A stretch of 64,000 bases of DNA from Felis catus (Eukaryota), in contig NC_058373.1 in the NCBI RefSeq assembly GCF_018350175.1, positions 116,438,001 to 116,502,000 of the forward strand. Direction: 5' to 3'. A model generated the notes under the pieces. It worked only from the letters and a program-made list of their open reading frames with translations. It ran no database searches and had not been told where the DNA came from. The number at the start of each line of letters is the position of its first letter. The stretch's first letter is position 1. Positions 13,190-26,329 of this stretch are shown in pieces. Position numbers and translations under genes: made by a program.

Positions 13190-14619
13190 CCTTATAGCTT
13201 CAGTAAATATGTCCATGCCTGACTTTGTTGCCCTGTAAACTAGATAACTTTCTTCTGAAATTCAAAAGAAGATTCCTGAAACTGTTTTCCTATCTATAGC
13301 TGATGACATCCAGCCCCAAAGTAGAAAAGAATGTAACACTTGAAGCCTACAAGGGCCAGAGTTGTGAAAAGCCAAATATTTGAATTTGAACACTGGGAAA
13401 ACTGTGATGATGTTTCCTTCCCTCCTTCCCCACCCCACCACACATGCATGCTTGTGTGTGCATACTTACATACATACACACACACACAATGACATACTTG
13501 GTTCTACAAACAAACCCCAGTTTTGGCCCACCCTGCACAAAGCACTGAAGCAGCTAATGTCTGTTTGTCAAAATGGTCTTCCTGTCCTTACTGGGCTGCA
13601 GGTGGCTTCCTTAGTGACAAGTTGTCTTCCATCTTAAGTTATTTTTTGTGATTCCAACACATGTTCTCACAGAAATGGTGTGATTATGGTGATACATTTC
13701 CTAAGCTCATTATAGTTGTTAACCCAAAATATATCTGAACCAAAGCAAACAAAAAATTCTAGGGTAATCACCGTGGAGTTAAAGTACAAACCACATGGGT
13801 CCTTCCTGTTGGGTTCCTAATACATCAAGGTGTTCCTTGAAAGAATAAGGACAGAGGCAGGAAGAGTAACGTAGAATGGCAATGCTACAGAGAAAAAAGA
13901 AAGAGATGGTGAGAACTGGCTTTGGAGAAGAGTGAGCCTAAGCACTGGATTTTAAGATCTAATGGGTAGGCTGAGGAAGATGTAGGTGAGGTGGTGTGAT
14001 GGGGGGTGCCTGTTTCACAGACCACTGACATGCACAAGGAGGCATTTGGCAATCTTACAAATTCCCAACTATGTAAACAGGGAACTCTTTATGGAAGCTC
14101 TGTGTTTTTTCCAAATTATACATCCATAGAGATTTTTCTCTGATTTTTGTGAAGGTCTTGGTGCCTTTGACTGTGTTTTCAATTTAAACAGAAATTGAAC
14201 TCTCTCTTGCCATTTTTCACAAAGAAACAAAGCGTTGTTACCGAGAAATGATGGGGACTGCAGCTAACTAGAAGCAGATGCTCCGTTTCCTCTCCAGCCT
14301 GAGCTTCCAAGATAAGCTGCTGGCCTATCTCCATTTTTTGTTCAAGAAATAAAGACATCTATATAGAATACCCTGATTTTATCCTGGAAGTACTAGTTAA
14401 TGCAATAAGAAAAGAAAATGAAAGATATATAGGTTTAAGAAGGAAGAAATTAAACTATCTTTATTCACAGAAGACATAATTATCTATGTAGAAAACCCCA
14501 AGGAATTGGAACCAATAAACAATTATAGCAAGTTTGCAGGGTATAAGGTTAATTTACAGAAATCAATTGCTTTCTATATACTAGAGATGAACAAATGGGA
14601 TTCAAAATTAGAAAGATAC

Positions 14620-14791
14620 TGGAGCACCTAGTGGCTCAGTTGGTGAAGTGTCCGACTTCTGCTCAAGTCGTGATCTCACAGTTTGTGAGTTTGAGCCCCA
14701 CGTCAGACTCTGTGCTGACAGGTCAGAGCCTGGAGCGTGAAGCCTGCTTCAGATTCTGTGTCTTCCTCTCTCTGCCCCTCCCCCACTCATG

Positions 14792-14830
<39 letters not shown>

Positions 14831-14865
14831 AAATAAATATTTTAAAAAATTAAAAATAAAATAAA
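14620..14865 (+). mobile_element. CAN-SINE
   Basis: Head, (CT)n tract and tail; flanked by repeated aaaattagaaa. Confidence 0.9.
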
Positions 14866-15564
14866 ATTAGAAAAATGCCACCATTTCCACTAGCATCAAC
14901 AAGCTTTAAATATTTATGTACAGATATAACAAAATATGTACAGGATTTATATGAGGAAAACTGCAAAACCCTGGTGAAAGAAATCAAAGAAGATCAAAAT
15001 AAATGGAGAGGTATTCCACGTTCATGGATAGAAAGACTTGACATTGTTAAGATGTATGTTCTTCCCAACTTTATCTATAGATTCAACACAATCACAAATT
15101 CTGGAATAAAAATTCCAGTAAATTAGTTTGTGGATGTCAATAAACTGATTCTAAAGTTTATATGAAAAGGCAAAAATCCCAGAATAGCCAACACAATAAT
15201 AAAGAAGAAGAACAAAGTCAAAGGAATTAACCCAAATTCAAGACTTACTACAAAACTACAGTAATCAAGACACTTTCATATTGCCAAAAGAATAAACAAA
15301 TAGATCAATAGGACAAGATAGCCCAGAAATAAACCTACACATATACAGTCAACTGATTTCTGACAAATGAACAAAGGCAATTCAATAGAGACCAGATAAG
15401 TCTTTTCAATAAATAATACACACACACATGTCAAAATTCAGTATGGATCAACCTTTCACAAAAGTAACTCAAAATGGATCATGAACTTAAATGTAAAATA
15501 CAGTACTTCTGGAAGATACCATAGGAGAAAAGCCAGGTGAGCTTGAGTTTGGTAATGACTTTTT

Positions 15565-15790
15565 TTAAATTTTTAATTAAAAAAAATTTTTTTAATGTTT
15601 ATTTTTCAGAGAGAGAGAAAGAGAGAGCATGAGCAGGGCAAGGGCAGAGAGAGAGGGAGACACAAAATCTGAGGCAGACTCCAGTCTCTGAGCTGTTGGC
15701 ACAGAGCCTGATGCAGGGCTTGAACCCACTGACTGCGAGATTATGACCTGAACTAGAGTTGGACATTTAACCGAGTCACCCAGGAACCCC
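15565..15790 (-). mobile_element. CAN-SINE
   Basis: Antisense body ending 'gagtcacccaggaacccc'. Confidence 0.9.
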
Positions 15791-15794
15791 ATGA

Positions 15795-15905
15795 CATATA
15801 TATGCATATATATAATATTTATATACATATATATATATGCATATATATAATATTTATATGCATATATATGCATATATATAATATGTATATATATATATAT
15901 ATATG
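15795..15905. repeat. Compound AT-rich micro/minisatellite (tatgcatatatataatattta units)
   Basis: Directly visible. Confidence 0.9.
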
Positions 15906-15919
15906 TAAGCTATCATTAC

Positions 15920-16133
15920 TTTTTAATGTTTATTTATTTTTGAGAGAGAGAGACAGAGAGAGCACACAAGCAGGGGAAGGGCAGAGAGAGAGAAGGTAAC
16001 ACAGAATTCAAAGCAGGATCCACGTTCTGAGCTGTTAGCACAGAGGCTGACACAGGCCTCGAACCCATGAACTGTAAGATCATGACCTGAGACAGAGTTG
16101 GACGCTTAACTGACTGAGCCACGCAGGTGCCCC
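15920..16133 (-). mobile_element. CAN-SINE
   Basis: Antisense body ending 'gagccacgcaggtgcccc'. Confidence 0.92.
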
Positions 16134-17729
16134 AGTAATGACTTTTTTGATACAACACCAAAAACACATGATCCATGGGGGAGTGGGGGAGGGAACATAT
16201 CAGATTTCATTAAAATTTAAAACTCTCTTGCTCTTTGAAAGACACCATTAGGATAATGAAAAGACAATACACAGACTTAGAGAAAATCTTTGCCCAACAC
16301 GTATTTTGTGGAACTTGTATCTAAAATATACAAAGAACTCTTCAAGTCAATAAGTAAACAAACAACCCAATTAAAAATGGACAAAAGATCTGAAGAAAAA
16401 CTTCACCAGAGGATATACGCAGATGACAAATAAGTTTATAAAAACATGCTCCACGTCATGTGTCATTAGGGAACTGTAAGATAACACAGCAATGAAATAC
16501 CACTACACGTCTATTAGAATGGCTAAAATCCAAGACACTAGCAACACTAAATACTGGTGAGGGTGTGGAACAACAGGAAATCTCATTTATTGCTGCTTTA
16601 GAAGACAGTTTGGCAGTTTCTTATACAGCTAAACATAACGACACCATACGGTCCATCAGTTGTGCTCCCCGTTAAGTACACAAATGAGTCGAAAACTTGT
16701 GTCTGCATAGAAACCTGCACACAAATGTTTACAGAAGGGTTATTCATAATTTCCAAAACCTAGAATAAGCAATATGTCCATCAGTAGGTGAGTGGGTAAA
16801 CAAATCGTGGTATATCCAGACAATGGAATGTTATTCAACAGTAAAAAGAAATGAGCTGTCCAGCCAAGAGAAGACATGGAGAAACCTTAAATGCATATTC
16901 CTCAGTGAAAGAAGTCAGCCTGAAAAGGCTACATACTCTATGATCTCAGCTGTATAACATGTTGGAAAAGGCAAGACTAAAATGATCAGTGGTTGCCAAG
17001 GGCTCGGGAAAAGGGAGGGAGGGATGAAAAGTGGACCACGGAGGACTTTTAGGGGAGTGAAACTATTCTGTATGATATTCCAGTAGTGGATACCTGACAG
17101 TATACATTTGTCCAAAACCTATAGACCTATACAAAAGAGAAAATGAACCCTATATATTTTTCAAAAATGAACCCCATATGAACTCTGGACCTTACTTAAT
17201 AAAAATGTATTCGGTTTTTTAAAATGTTGGTAACTAATGTGTTTTTCTAAATTTGATACAAATCCACATTGAACTGGGCCAAACAAATCTGAATCCAGTT
17301 ACCTCTTTGAGATACAGGAGGCTTTCCCCTCCGGAGTCACCAAAATTATCAAGTGAGCAACAAACAACAAAAGCTGTGTTGAAATGTGGTAGGTGGTCAG
17401 GTAGGTGTGCTCATCTTCAAGTGACTTACTGTTATACACCAGGCAGTGCTGATAAATCCACGTCCTAGGAAGATCATAAATTATGACATATCATCAACCT
17501 CGTAGGCCACTCATAAGTGGTCACAGCCACGGGTAAGAATGGCCCGCTATGTTAGTACTCCAAATTAAATGCACATATGAAGATGTGCCAGCAGTGGGAG
17601 ATGGAAGAGGAACTCTCTATGGGACCAAGCTGTGAGTCAATCAGAAAAAGGAAGCTAGATATGCCTGGCCAAAACAAATAAACAAACACACAAAACGTTC
17701 AAAGTTTTAAAATAGAATGAGGGGCAGCT

Positions 17730-17927
17730 GTTTTTTAAGTTTATTTATTTTGAGAGAGAGAAAGAGATACAGCAAGAGAGAGAAGGAGGGAGAGAGAGAA
17801 TCCCAAGCAGGCTCTTCACCGCCAGCACAGAGCCTTACACGGGGTTCAATTTCAGCAAACATGAAATCATGACCTGAGCCGAGATCAAGAGTCAGACGCC
17901 TAACCAGCTGAGCCACCTAGATGCCCC
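17730..17927 (-). mobile_element. CAN-SINE
   Basis: Antisense body; degenerate TSD aggggca..gtttt. Confidence 0.9.
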
Positions 17928-18029
17928 AAGGGGCAAGTTTTCGAGAAGGAAACCACTCTATCTCCAGGTAAGGTCCAAATCAGTTCACTGCAAATAAACT
18001 GAAATCATCTCATTTTCTACGCCCAGTAC

Positions 18030-18480
18030 ATGCCTTTTGCATTGATCTGCATTGGACTGTCCTCTGGTAGATTGAGAGAGACAAAATGGTCGATAACATT
18101 TGCAGTTCAGTAAGAGAAGGCAGGTACACAAATAACTAGACTTGATAAAAGTCACATCTTAGAGGATTCTCTGCAAAGAGGAAGATGAGGGAGGAAATAA
18201 ATGAAAGCCTGCGGAAGAGGGGCATTTTGGAAGGGCCTTGAAGGATTGGTAGAATTTTTATAGAAGGAGATCAGACAAGGTGACAGTCCAGGTCAAAAGA
18301 GAATTGTGAGCAATGATCCAGATCAACAAGGACAAATGTTAAGTGATGCAATTTGGCTGGAGTAGGGCATAAACAGAGGGATAATGGAAAGTGTGACTGA
18401 AGGGCAAGATATGAACATTATGTGAAGAATTCTGAATGTCAGGCTAAAGCATGTGCACTTAATTCAGTAGGCATTTATCA
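18030..18480 (-). mobile_element. L2 fragment
   Basis: 'ggccttgaaggattggtagaatttt..tgaatgtcaggctaaagcatgtgcacttaattcagtaggca'. Confidence 0.6.
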
Positions 18481-19231
18481 AGCATTAAGCACCAGATACA
18501 ACTCAAAAATTGTCCTTTTCTCTGTCCTTGGGTCTGGTGCTGATGGAAAATTTGCTTTCTTCCCATATGTATCTACCTTTCTTCTCTTGTTTTCCCCTCA
18601 TGTCATCCTTCTTCTCTCCTTTCTTCCTCCATTCCTGATGAATTTCAGATCTTTCTGCCTACTCCTCTCCCCTTAGCAGGGAGCAATGGCTGTGGCCTAA
18701 TCTAATTCCATTCCCTTTGGCCTTATTTTTAAGGATTTTTTCTTCTGGGCTGTTTCTAACAGCCTAACCTAACACAAGTCCTAAATAAACAGCTCTCTGA
18801 TGTCTGGCTTTTCTTTTTTTTCTTTTCTTTTTTCTTTCTTTCTTTCTTTTTTAATCTTTCTCATATCACCAGGTTAACAGCTCCATCAAGAGATGAAAAG
18901 GCTTTTGCTATGTGGTTATGAGATGACAGATAGTGTTGGTGGACCCCAAAGTAGAGGGGTTTCCATAATTTGCTGGAGGGTGATAGTTAAAGCAAATCTA
19001 AAAACAAAACACAACCAACCAGCCTCAGGTGCAGCCCTCACTAAAAGCAAACAACCTGTCAGTAGGCATGTCATTATCCCCACTTTATTCATTCTGCAAG
19101 CATTTATTGAGCATCTACTCTGTAGCAATCACTGTGTAGGTTTAAGGGATGGAATTGTAAGATACAGTGTTTGTATGTAGTTCACATCCTGAAGGGGAAG
19201 AAAAGAAAACATCACTAGTGTAATAAGTAGT

Positions 19232-19402
19232 ATAGAATTGTGCTTTCCAAATTTAATGTGTGTACAACATCACCCAGGGATCTTATTAAAAGTACATTTT
19301 TATTCAGTAGGTCTAGGGTTGGGCTAGTCTGCATTTCTAACCTGAGGCACTCCAGTGATGCCTATGCTACTGGTCCTGGACAACATTTGGAGGAGAAAAG
19401 GT
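19232..19402. mobile_element. MER5A-like DNA transposon
   Basis: 'catcacccagggatcttattaaaa..attcagtaggtctagg..tctgcatttctaac..gtgatgcctatgctactggtcc'. Confidence 0.8.
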
Positions 19403-20700
19403 CTAGAAAAGTTTCCAGAGATCTTGGAGCAAAGCCACCAATGGGTTTTCTTTTTAATGTGAACTCTCCCAAATAAAAAGAATTACTTCAGAAAAAAGGA
19501 AACCACAAAGAAGGCTTGGGAAGACGGAAACAATGGGAAGCCTTAAAAAAATGATAAAAATCAGTTGGACATTATGACTGTAAAAATAATGAGTAATTTT
19601 TATGACTTTAAAAAAGGTTAAAACTAAAAATCTAAGCAACAATAATAAGATGGAGAGGATAAATGCAAATAAAATAAGTTTCTGACTGAATTGGGAGGAT
19701 ACAGATAATGACAAGTATTTGACTTGTTGGAAAAAATATACTTAAATATGAAGTTTAAGAAGAGTTAAAAATGTACTCCTTGTTATAATAACTCAACACT
19801 GCCTAAAGGAAGCCTTCATAATCAGATTTCCCACACGTATCATTCACAATGTCTAGGATACAATAAAAATTATGATACATAGGAAGAAACCAGAAAACTT
19901 CACCCATAGTCAAGAGATAAGGCAAACAAATATCATCAATGAACCAGATGTTGCAATAAGTAGACAGGGCTTTAAAGCAGGAATTATAAATATGTTCAAG
20001 GGCTTAAAGGATAATATGATCATAATGAATGAACAATGGGGAGTCTCAGCAGAGAAATGGAAACAATAAAGATGAACTGAATGGAAATTAAAGAAATGCA
20101 AAGTACAATATCTGGTCTTAGAAAAATTTGCTGGCTGGATTTACCGGCAAATGAGTTTGCAGAAGAAAAATCAGGAAATTTGAAAACTGATAAACAGTAA
20201 TTATCCCATCTGAGAAAAAGATATTGTTAAAAAAATCCCATAATCTCAATAACATATAGAATAATATTAAACAGTTTATCATAAATGTAATTGGGTCCCA
20301 GAAGGAAAGGAGAAAGAGAATGCTGGAAAGAAAAAGAGGATTTCCGAAGAAATAATGGCCAAAAAACCCCAAATTAGATGAAAAATATAAATATTAAAAT
20401 CTAAGAAGCTCAGCAAATACTAAGCAGAATAACAATGAAGGAAACCACACATATGTCCATTAAGTCAATCTAATGAAAACCGAAGATTGAAAAAAAAATT
20501 GTGAAAGCAAGTGTAGAAAAGAAAGCACATTGTATACAAGGAAACAATGATACTAACGATGTCAGTCTTCTCAGAAAAAATAATGAATACAAGAGACAAT
20601 GGAGCGACTTTTCAAGGTTTGAAAGAACAAAACTGTCAACCAAAAATTTTATGTCTAGCAAAATATTCAAAAATTTAAGTGAATTCAAAAGACATTTAGA

Positions 20701-20908
20701 GGGGCGCCTGGGTGGCTCAGTTGGTTAAGCGGCCAACTTCGGCTCAGGTCATGATCTCGCGGTCCGTGAGTTCGAGCCCCGCATCGGGCTCGGTGCTGAC
20801 AGTTCAGAGCCTGGAGCCTGTTTCGGATTCTGTGTCTCCCTCTCTCTCTGACCCTCCCCCATTCATGCCCTGTCTCTCTTTGTCTCATAAATAAATAAAT
20901 GTTAAAAA
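20701..20908 (+). mobile_element. CAN-SINE (SINEC_Fc type)
   Basis: TSD aaaagacatttaga at 20687-20700 and 20909-20922. Confidence 0.95.
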
Positions 20909-21084
20909 AAAAGACATTTAGATTGTTTTTTAATGAGAAAATTGTCAACAGCAGACACGCACTACAAGAAAAAATATTTCCTAAGATTGAAAGAAAATAA
21001 CACAAGCCGGAAACTCAATTCTGCAGGAAGGAATAAAGAACAGCAGAAATAGTCAGTACATGGTGCATATAAAAGACCAATGTC

Positions 21085-21195
21085 AGGCTGCCTGGGTGCC
21101 TCAGTTGGTTAAGCTCCATCTCTTGATTTTGGCTCAGGTTATGATCTCATGGTTCATGAGTTCAAGCACTGACAGTGCAGAGCCTGCTTGGAATT
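21085..21195 (+). mobile_element. Partial CAN-SINE
   Basis: Head through 'gagcctgcttggaatt'; no tail. Confidence 0.8.
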
Positions 21196-21545
21196 AAAGT
21201 ACTAATTAAAACACTATAATGTGGGGTTTATCATGTAAGTAGATGAAACATAAATGACAACCATAACATAACATAAAGGATGAGGAGGTAAATGAAACTA
21301 TACTGTTGCAGAACTATTACATTTTACATGAAGTAGTACAATATTGTCAATAGGTTGTAGTAAATTAAAGATGCATATTTATAGTAGAGTGATGAAAAAA
21401 AATAATACAAAGAAGTATAGCTACAAAGCTAAAAAAGGAATTAAAACAGTAAAAAAAAAAAAAAAGTTTTGATTAACCCAAAAGACAAGGAAGGAAAATT
21501 GAGGAACAACAACAACAAAAAATAGATGGACAAAAAACAAATGGT

Positions 21546-21770
21546 GGGGCACTTGGGACTGGTGGCTCAGTTGGTTAAGCATCTGGCTCCTGGTTTTGGT
21601 TCAGGTCATGATTTCATGGTTTGTGGGATCAAGCCCCTCATTCAGCTTTGCCCTGACAGCATGGAGCCTACTTGAGATTCTCTCTTTTCTCTCTCTCTGC
21701 CCCTCTTCTCTCTCTCTCTGTCAAAATGAATACACATTTTAAAAAGAGTTTTAAAAGTTTAAAAAAAACA
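21546..21770 (+). mobile_element. CAN-SINE
   Basis: Head, body, CT tract and tail. Confidence 0.88.
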
Positions 21771-22764
21771 CACATGGCAATTGACACACCTAAATCTAGT
21801 CATATTTATAATTATATGCAGAGTTAACAGATTAAACATTCCAACTAAAAGAGATAGAGTGAATTAAAAAAAAATGGAGACCCACTCATATCCTATCTAC
21901 AAGAGACACACCTTAAATGTAAAGAAAGACTCAGATAGATTGAAAGTAACAAAATGGATAAAGATATACCTTGAAGACAGTAAACATAAGAAAAGTGGAG
22001 TGGCTAAATTATTATCAGACAAATGGATTTCAAGACAAGGAGTGCTACGAGATAAAAATGTACACGTCATCATAATAATAATGTTTCAACTCATAGAGAA
22101 GACATAACAATCGTAAATGCTTCTCCAAAAGTTAAACACACTTATCTATAGGCAGCAATCCCATTTGTAGGTCATTAACTATGAGAATGAAAACATATGT
22201 CCACAAAAAGACTTGTATAATAATGTTTATAGTAATTTTATTCACAATAGTTTAAATTTGGAAACAAATCAAATGTTCATCAACTGGAGAAAAATTTTAT
22301 ACATGGATCCAATGGAATCGTACTCAGCAAAAAAGTGAAAATAAAAAACTGATGGTATATGCAACAATACAGATAAATTTTATATTATGCTAAGCAAAGA
22401 TACCAGAGACCAGGGGGCACATGCTGTGTGAGTTCTTTTACATGGAGTTTTAGAACAGGCAAAACTTGTCTATGCCAAAAATATTCATCATCTTGGTAAA
22501 CATGCAGGTTACATGGATGCATGCATTTGTTAAAACCCATAAATTGTATGTCAAGGGGGAAAATTGTAAACAAATACAATTATAAAGATGTATAAAGCAT
22601 GATGTCCTCAAAACAAGAGTTTCTTTGAAAAAATAATAGAAAAGAACACATGGTGACTTCATAAGGAACAACATCTACCAAGCACAGCAGACTCTCTATT
22701 TTCCCATTTGGAGTTGGCAACCGATGATTCAGAGGCTTTGAATGGTAGCATCTGAATATACTTA

Positions 22765-23420
22765 TGTGCATTTCTAGCTGATTTTTGTGTGCAGTGTAGG
22801 ATCAGGGTTCAGTTTCATTCTCTTGTATATGGGTATTCAGTTTCCCCAACACCACTTGTTGAAGAAACTACCCTACCCTTAGTGTGTATTCTTGGCACCC
22901 TTATGAAAGGTCAGCTCACCACATACATGTGGATTTTTGTCTTGGTTTTTAGTCTGTCCCACTGGTTTATATGTCTGCCTTTATGCCATTGTATTGTTCT
23001 GATCACTGTAGCTTTGTAAAATATTTTGAAATTGGGGAATATGATATCTCTAGTTTTGTTCTTTCTCAAGACTGATTTGGCTATTGGGAGTCCTTTGTGG
23101 TTCCATATGAATTTTAGAACTACTTTTTCTATTTCTCTAAAAAATGTCATTGGAATTTTGATAGGGATTGCACTGAGTCTGTAGATGGCTTTGAGTAGTA
23201 CGGACATTTTAACAATATTAAGTCTTCCAATTCATAAACACAAGATGTCTTTCCATTGTTTATGTCTTACATTTCTTTCAGCAATGTTTTCTCATTTTCT
23301 GTGTACAAGTCTTTCACCCCCTTAGTTAAGTTTACTCCTAAGTTTCTTATTCTTTCTGGTGCTATTGGAAATGGCATTGTTTTCTAATTTCCTTCTCAGT
23401 TCATTGTTAGTATAAAATTC
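22765..23420 (-). mobile_element. L1 ORF2 internal fragment
   Basis: Peptide at 22911-23207 ([26 protein letters not shown]) is ORF2-like; no 3' UTR or poly(A). Confidence 0.88.
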
Positions 23421-23745
23421 AGGTAAACATAGCTTGTAAGAAACATACCTAAATAAACTACCTAGCTCCACCAAAATTTTTGAAATAAAGAAGTAAAAAA
23501 AGACTCCCATGCAAATACTAATTGAAAGAAAGCCTATATACCTGCATTAATAGCATACACAACAGACTTTAAAGAAAAAGTGTTTGATAAGCTTTCGGAG
23601 CAAAACTACAAATGAAAGAAAAGTCTACCAATAATAGTAATAGTTAATAACTACTTAAGGATAAAGTGTCATGATCTGAACTTAAATTCAACTGCTTCAC
23701 CAAAAAAAGAGTTAATGGAGAAAAATGGCAAAATGTTAAAAACTT

Positions 23746-23950
23746 GGGGCACCTGGGTGGCTTATTCAGTTAAGCGTCTGACTCTTGATTTCAGCTCAGG
23801 GCATGATCCCAGGTTGTGAGATCAAGCCCTGTGTCAGGCTCCCTGCCCAGAGTGGAACCTACTTAAGATTCCCTCCCTCCCTCTGTCTCTCTCCCCCCGC
23901 TCACTTCTCTTTCTCTCTCTCTCTCTCTCTAAAAAAAAAAAAAAAAAAAG
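23746..23950 (+). mobile_element. CAN-SINE
   Basis: Head, CT tract and poly(A); flanked by repeated gttaaaaactt. Confidence 0.92.
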
Positions 23951-24119
23951 TTAAAAACTTTTAAATGTAAGTAGAAGTATTCATTTTTCTATTCCATTTA
24001 TTTCATAACTATTTCAATTTTTCTAATTTAAAATTTTTTCAAAATAAAATGAAATCCTGCAAAGTAAAAAGTTAGGAGAAATTTACTTGAACAATTCATG
24101 AGCTAAAGAGAAAATTAGA

Positions 24120-24235
24120 GGGGCACCTCGCTGGCTCAGCTGGAGGAATGTGTGACTCTTGATCTCAGGGTCTGAGTTCGAGCCCCAAGTTGGGGGTAGA
24201 GATTACTAAAAATAAATCAAAAACATTAAGAAAAA
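24120..24235 (+). mobile_element. Short (older) CAN-SINE
   Basis: tRNA-like head followed by 'ttgggggtagagattactaaaaataaa'. Confidence 0.85.
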
Positions 24236-24527
24236 GAGAGAATATCAGAAGAAACTATAAAATATTTAAAGTGAAAAACAAAAGCATTACATATTAAAAC
24301 CTATGGAAAACAGCTAAGGCAGTAAATAAAGGGAAATTCATAGCCTTAAATGAATTTATTAAAACCAGAAACATTTAAAATAAGCCCTTATGCTCAAATA
24401 GCTAAAAAAAAGTTGAATAACAGAGTAATTCCAAGAAAATAAGATGAAGCAAGTAATTAAGATGCGAGCAAATGTTGATGGAATAGAAAACAAACAATAG
24501 ATTCAACCAACCAAGGACTTGTACTTT

Positions 24528-24743
24528 TTTTTTAAGGTTTATTTATTTTTGACAGATAGAGACAGAGCACGAGTGGGAGAAGGGCAGAGAGAGAGGGAAA
24601 CCGAATCCAAAGTAGGCTCCAGGCTCTGAGGTATCAGCACAGGGCCCAATGTGGGGCTTGAACTCACAAACCATGAGATCATGACCTGAGATGAAGTTAG
24701 AAGCTCAATTTACTGAGCCACCCAGGCGACGCCCCCCCCCCCC
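24528..24743 (-). mobile_element. CAN-SINE
   Basis: TSD aggacttgtacttt at 24514-24527 and 24744-24757; expanded 5' G-run. Confidence 0.93.
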
Positions 24744-25301
24744 AGGACTTGTACTTTGAAAACTTAAGGAATACACTACCTAGAAAGACTGAAACAAAAT
24801 TTAAAAAGTTCAAATAAACAATATTAACAAAAAAGACATAATAACAGGCATAGTAGATATATTAAAAATCACAAGTATAACAATACGATAAATATTGCCA
24901 TTAAGTTTAAAAACTTCAACAAAATATGTATTCTTTTCTAGAAAAATATGGATTATTGAAATGAAGAAGCAATTACCAAAATTAACCTAAGAAGAAGTAG
25001 CAAATCTGTATAAACCAACCCATTAGGGAAACCAAGTCAATAATTTTAAGTATAAGCATACCCACCTCTCTAAAAGCACCAGATGTGTTACCTGCAAAGT
25101 TTTGGGAGACTTTCAAGGAACAGATAATTCATGTATTTAAGTTTTTATTCAGAGAGTAGAAAAATAAGGAAAGTTTCATGTTCATGGTCATATCCACATA
25201 TAACATGAGCGCTATAAAGAGCTCTGGCTAAGCCCTAAGGGAAATCAGGGATATTTTCCTATAAAAGACCATACCTGAGCTGAGTCTTAGAGGATATACA
25301 G

Positions 25302-25451
25302 AGGCGCCTGGGTGGCCCAGTGGGTTAAGTGTCTGACTTTGGCTCAGGTCATGAGCTCACGGTTCATGGGTTTGAGCCCCGTGTGGGTCTCTGTGCTGAC
25401 AGTTCAGAGCCTGGAGCCTGCTTCAAATTCTGAGTCTCCCTCTCTCTCATT

Positions 25452-25511
<60 letters not shown>

Positions 25512-25530
25512 TAAACATTAAAAAAAAACT
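25302..25530 (+). mobile_element. CAN-SINE with long (CT)n
   Basis: Head, body and tail. Confidence 0.92.
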
Positions 25531-25533
25531 TAA

Positions 25534-25765
25534 GGGGCGCCTGGGTGGTGCAGTCGGTTAAGCGTCCGACTTCAGCCAGGTCATGATCTCGCTGTCCGTG
25601 AGTTCCAGCTCCGCGTCAGGCTCTGGGCTGATGGCTCGGAGCCTGGAGCCTGTTTCCGATTTTGTGTCTCCCTCTCTCTCTGCCCCTCCCCCGTTCATGC
25701 TCTGTCTCTCTCTGTCCCAAAAATAAAAATTAAAAAAAACTTAAAAAAAAAAGGTTGAAAAAAAA
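25534..25765 (+). mobile_element. Young CAN-SINE inserted in the tail of the previous SINE
   Basis: TSD aaaaaaaacttaag on both sides. Confidence 0.93.
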
Positions 25766-26329
25766 AAAAACTTAAGAAAAAAAGGCTATATAGAAGTTAG
25801 CCAGACAAGAACTAGAGAATTGAAAGCATTCATTCCAGCTAAAATGAACATTTTAGAGAGGACAAGAGACAAATCTCTAGAGAGGGGCAGGGTGGTCTTG
25901 GATACCGTGCTTAGAAGTTTAAGCCTATATTGTGAGAATGAAGGGGTACGGTGGAGGATTTTTTTTTTTTAATGGGAGAAGGTAATAGGTTCAGATTTAC
26001 ATCTTAGAATATTCCGACAGCAATGGAAAATGGGTTGGAAGGGAGCAAATCTGACGCCAGCAGACCCCATGTAAGTGGAAGCTGGCTTCTTGTGAAGGTC
26101 ACCTGCCCCATATTCCTTGGTTGGTAAGTGCTTGAATGGGGCTTGCTCTTCATAGTTTAGGGGCCTAAACGTCACAGTTTAGACAAAAGCAGCAGACAAT
26201 GTGCTGAGAAAGGATGAACTTGTCAATAAGTGGTTTTAAGTGTGACTATTTTAAAGCCCCAATCTGATGTCCTTGAAGTCCAACAAGCTCTTCTGAAACC
26301 TGAGTGTACAGTAATTCCTGTCAGTTCAG

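Larger units (their letters stand above)
14370..17210 (+). mobile_element. 5'-truncated old L1 (L1MC-like), RT region to 3' UTR
   Basis: ORF2-like peptide at 14875-15126 (TKYVQDLYEENCKTLVKEIKED..); L1MC-type 3' UTR 'tatacatttgtccaaaacctataga..tgaaccct'; interrupted by three SINEs. Confidence 0.88.
19800..22570 (+). mobile_element. Ancient L1 (L1M) ORF1/endonuclease remnants and 3' UTR fragment
   Basis: ORF1-like 'FKAGIINMFK' (19872-20069); endonuclease-like 21874-22107 (DRLKVTKWIKIY..KKSGVA); 3' UTR motifs at 22120-22570. Confidence 0.75.
23500..25180 (+). mobile_element. Ancient L1 fragments
   Basis: ORF2 motifs 'aaaacctatggaaaacagctaaggcagta..gggaaattcatagccttaaatg' and 'ccaaaattaacctaagaagaagtagcaaatctg'. 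Confidence 0.7.
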
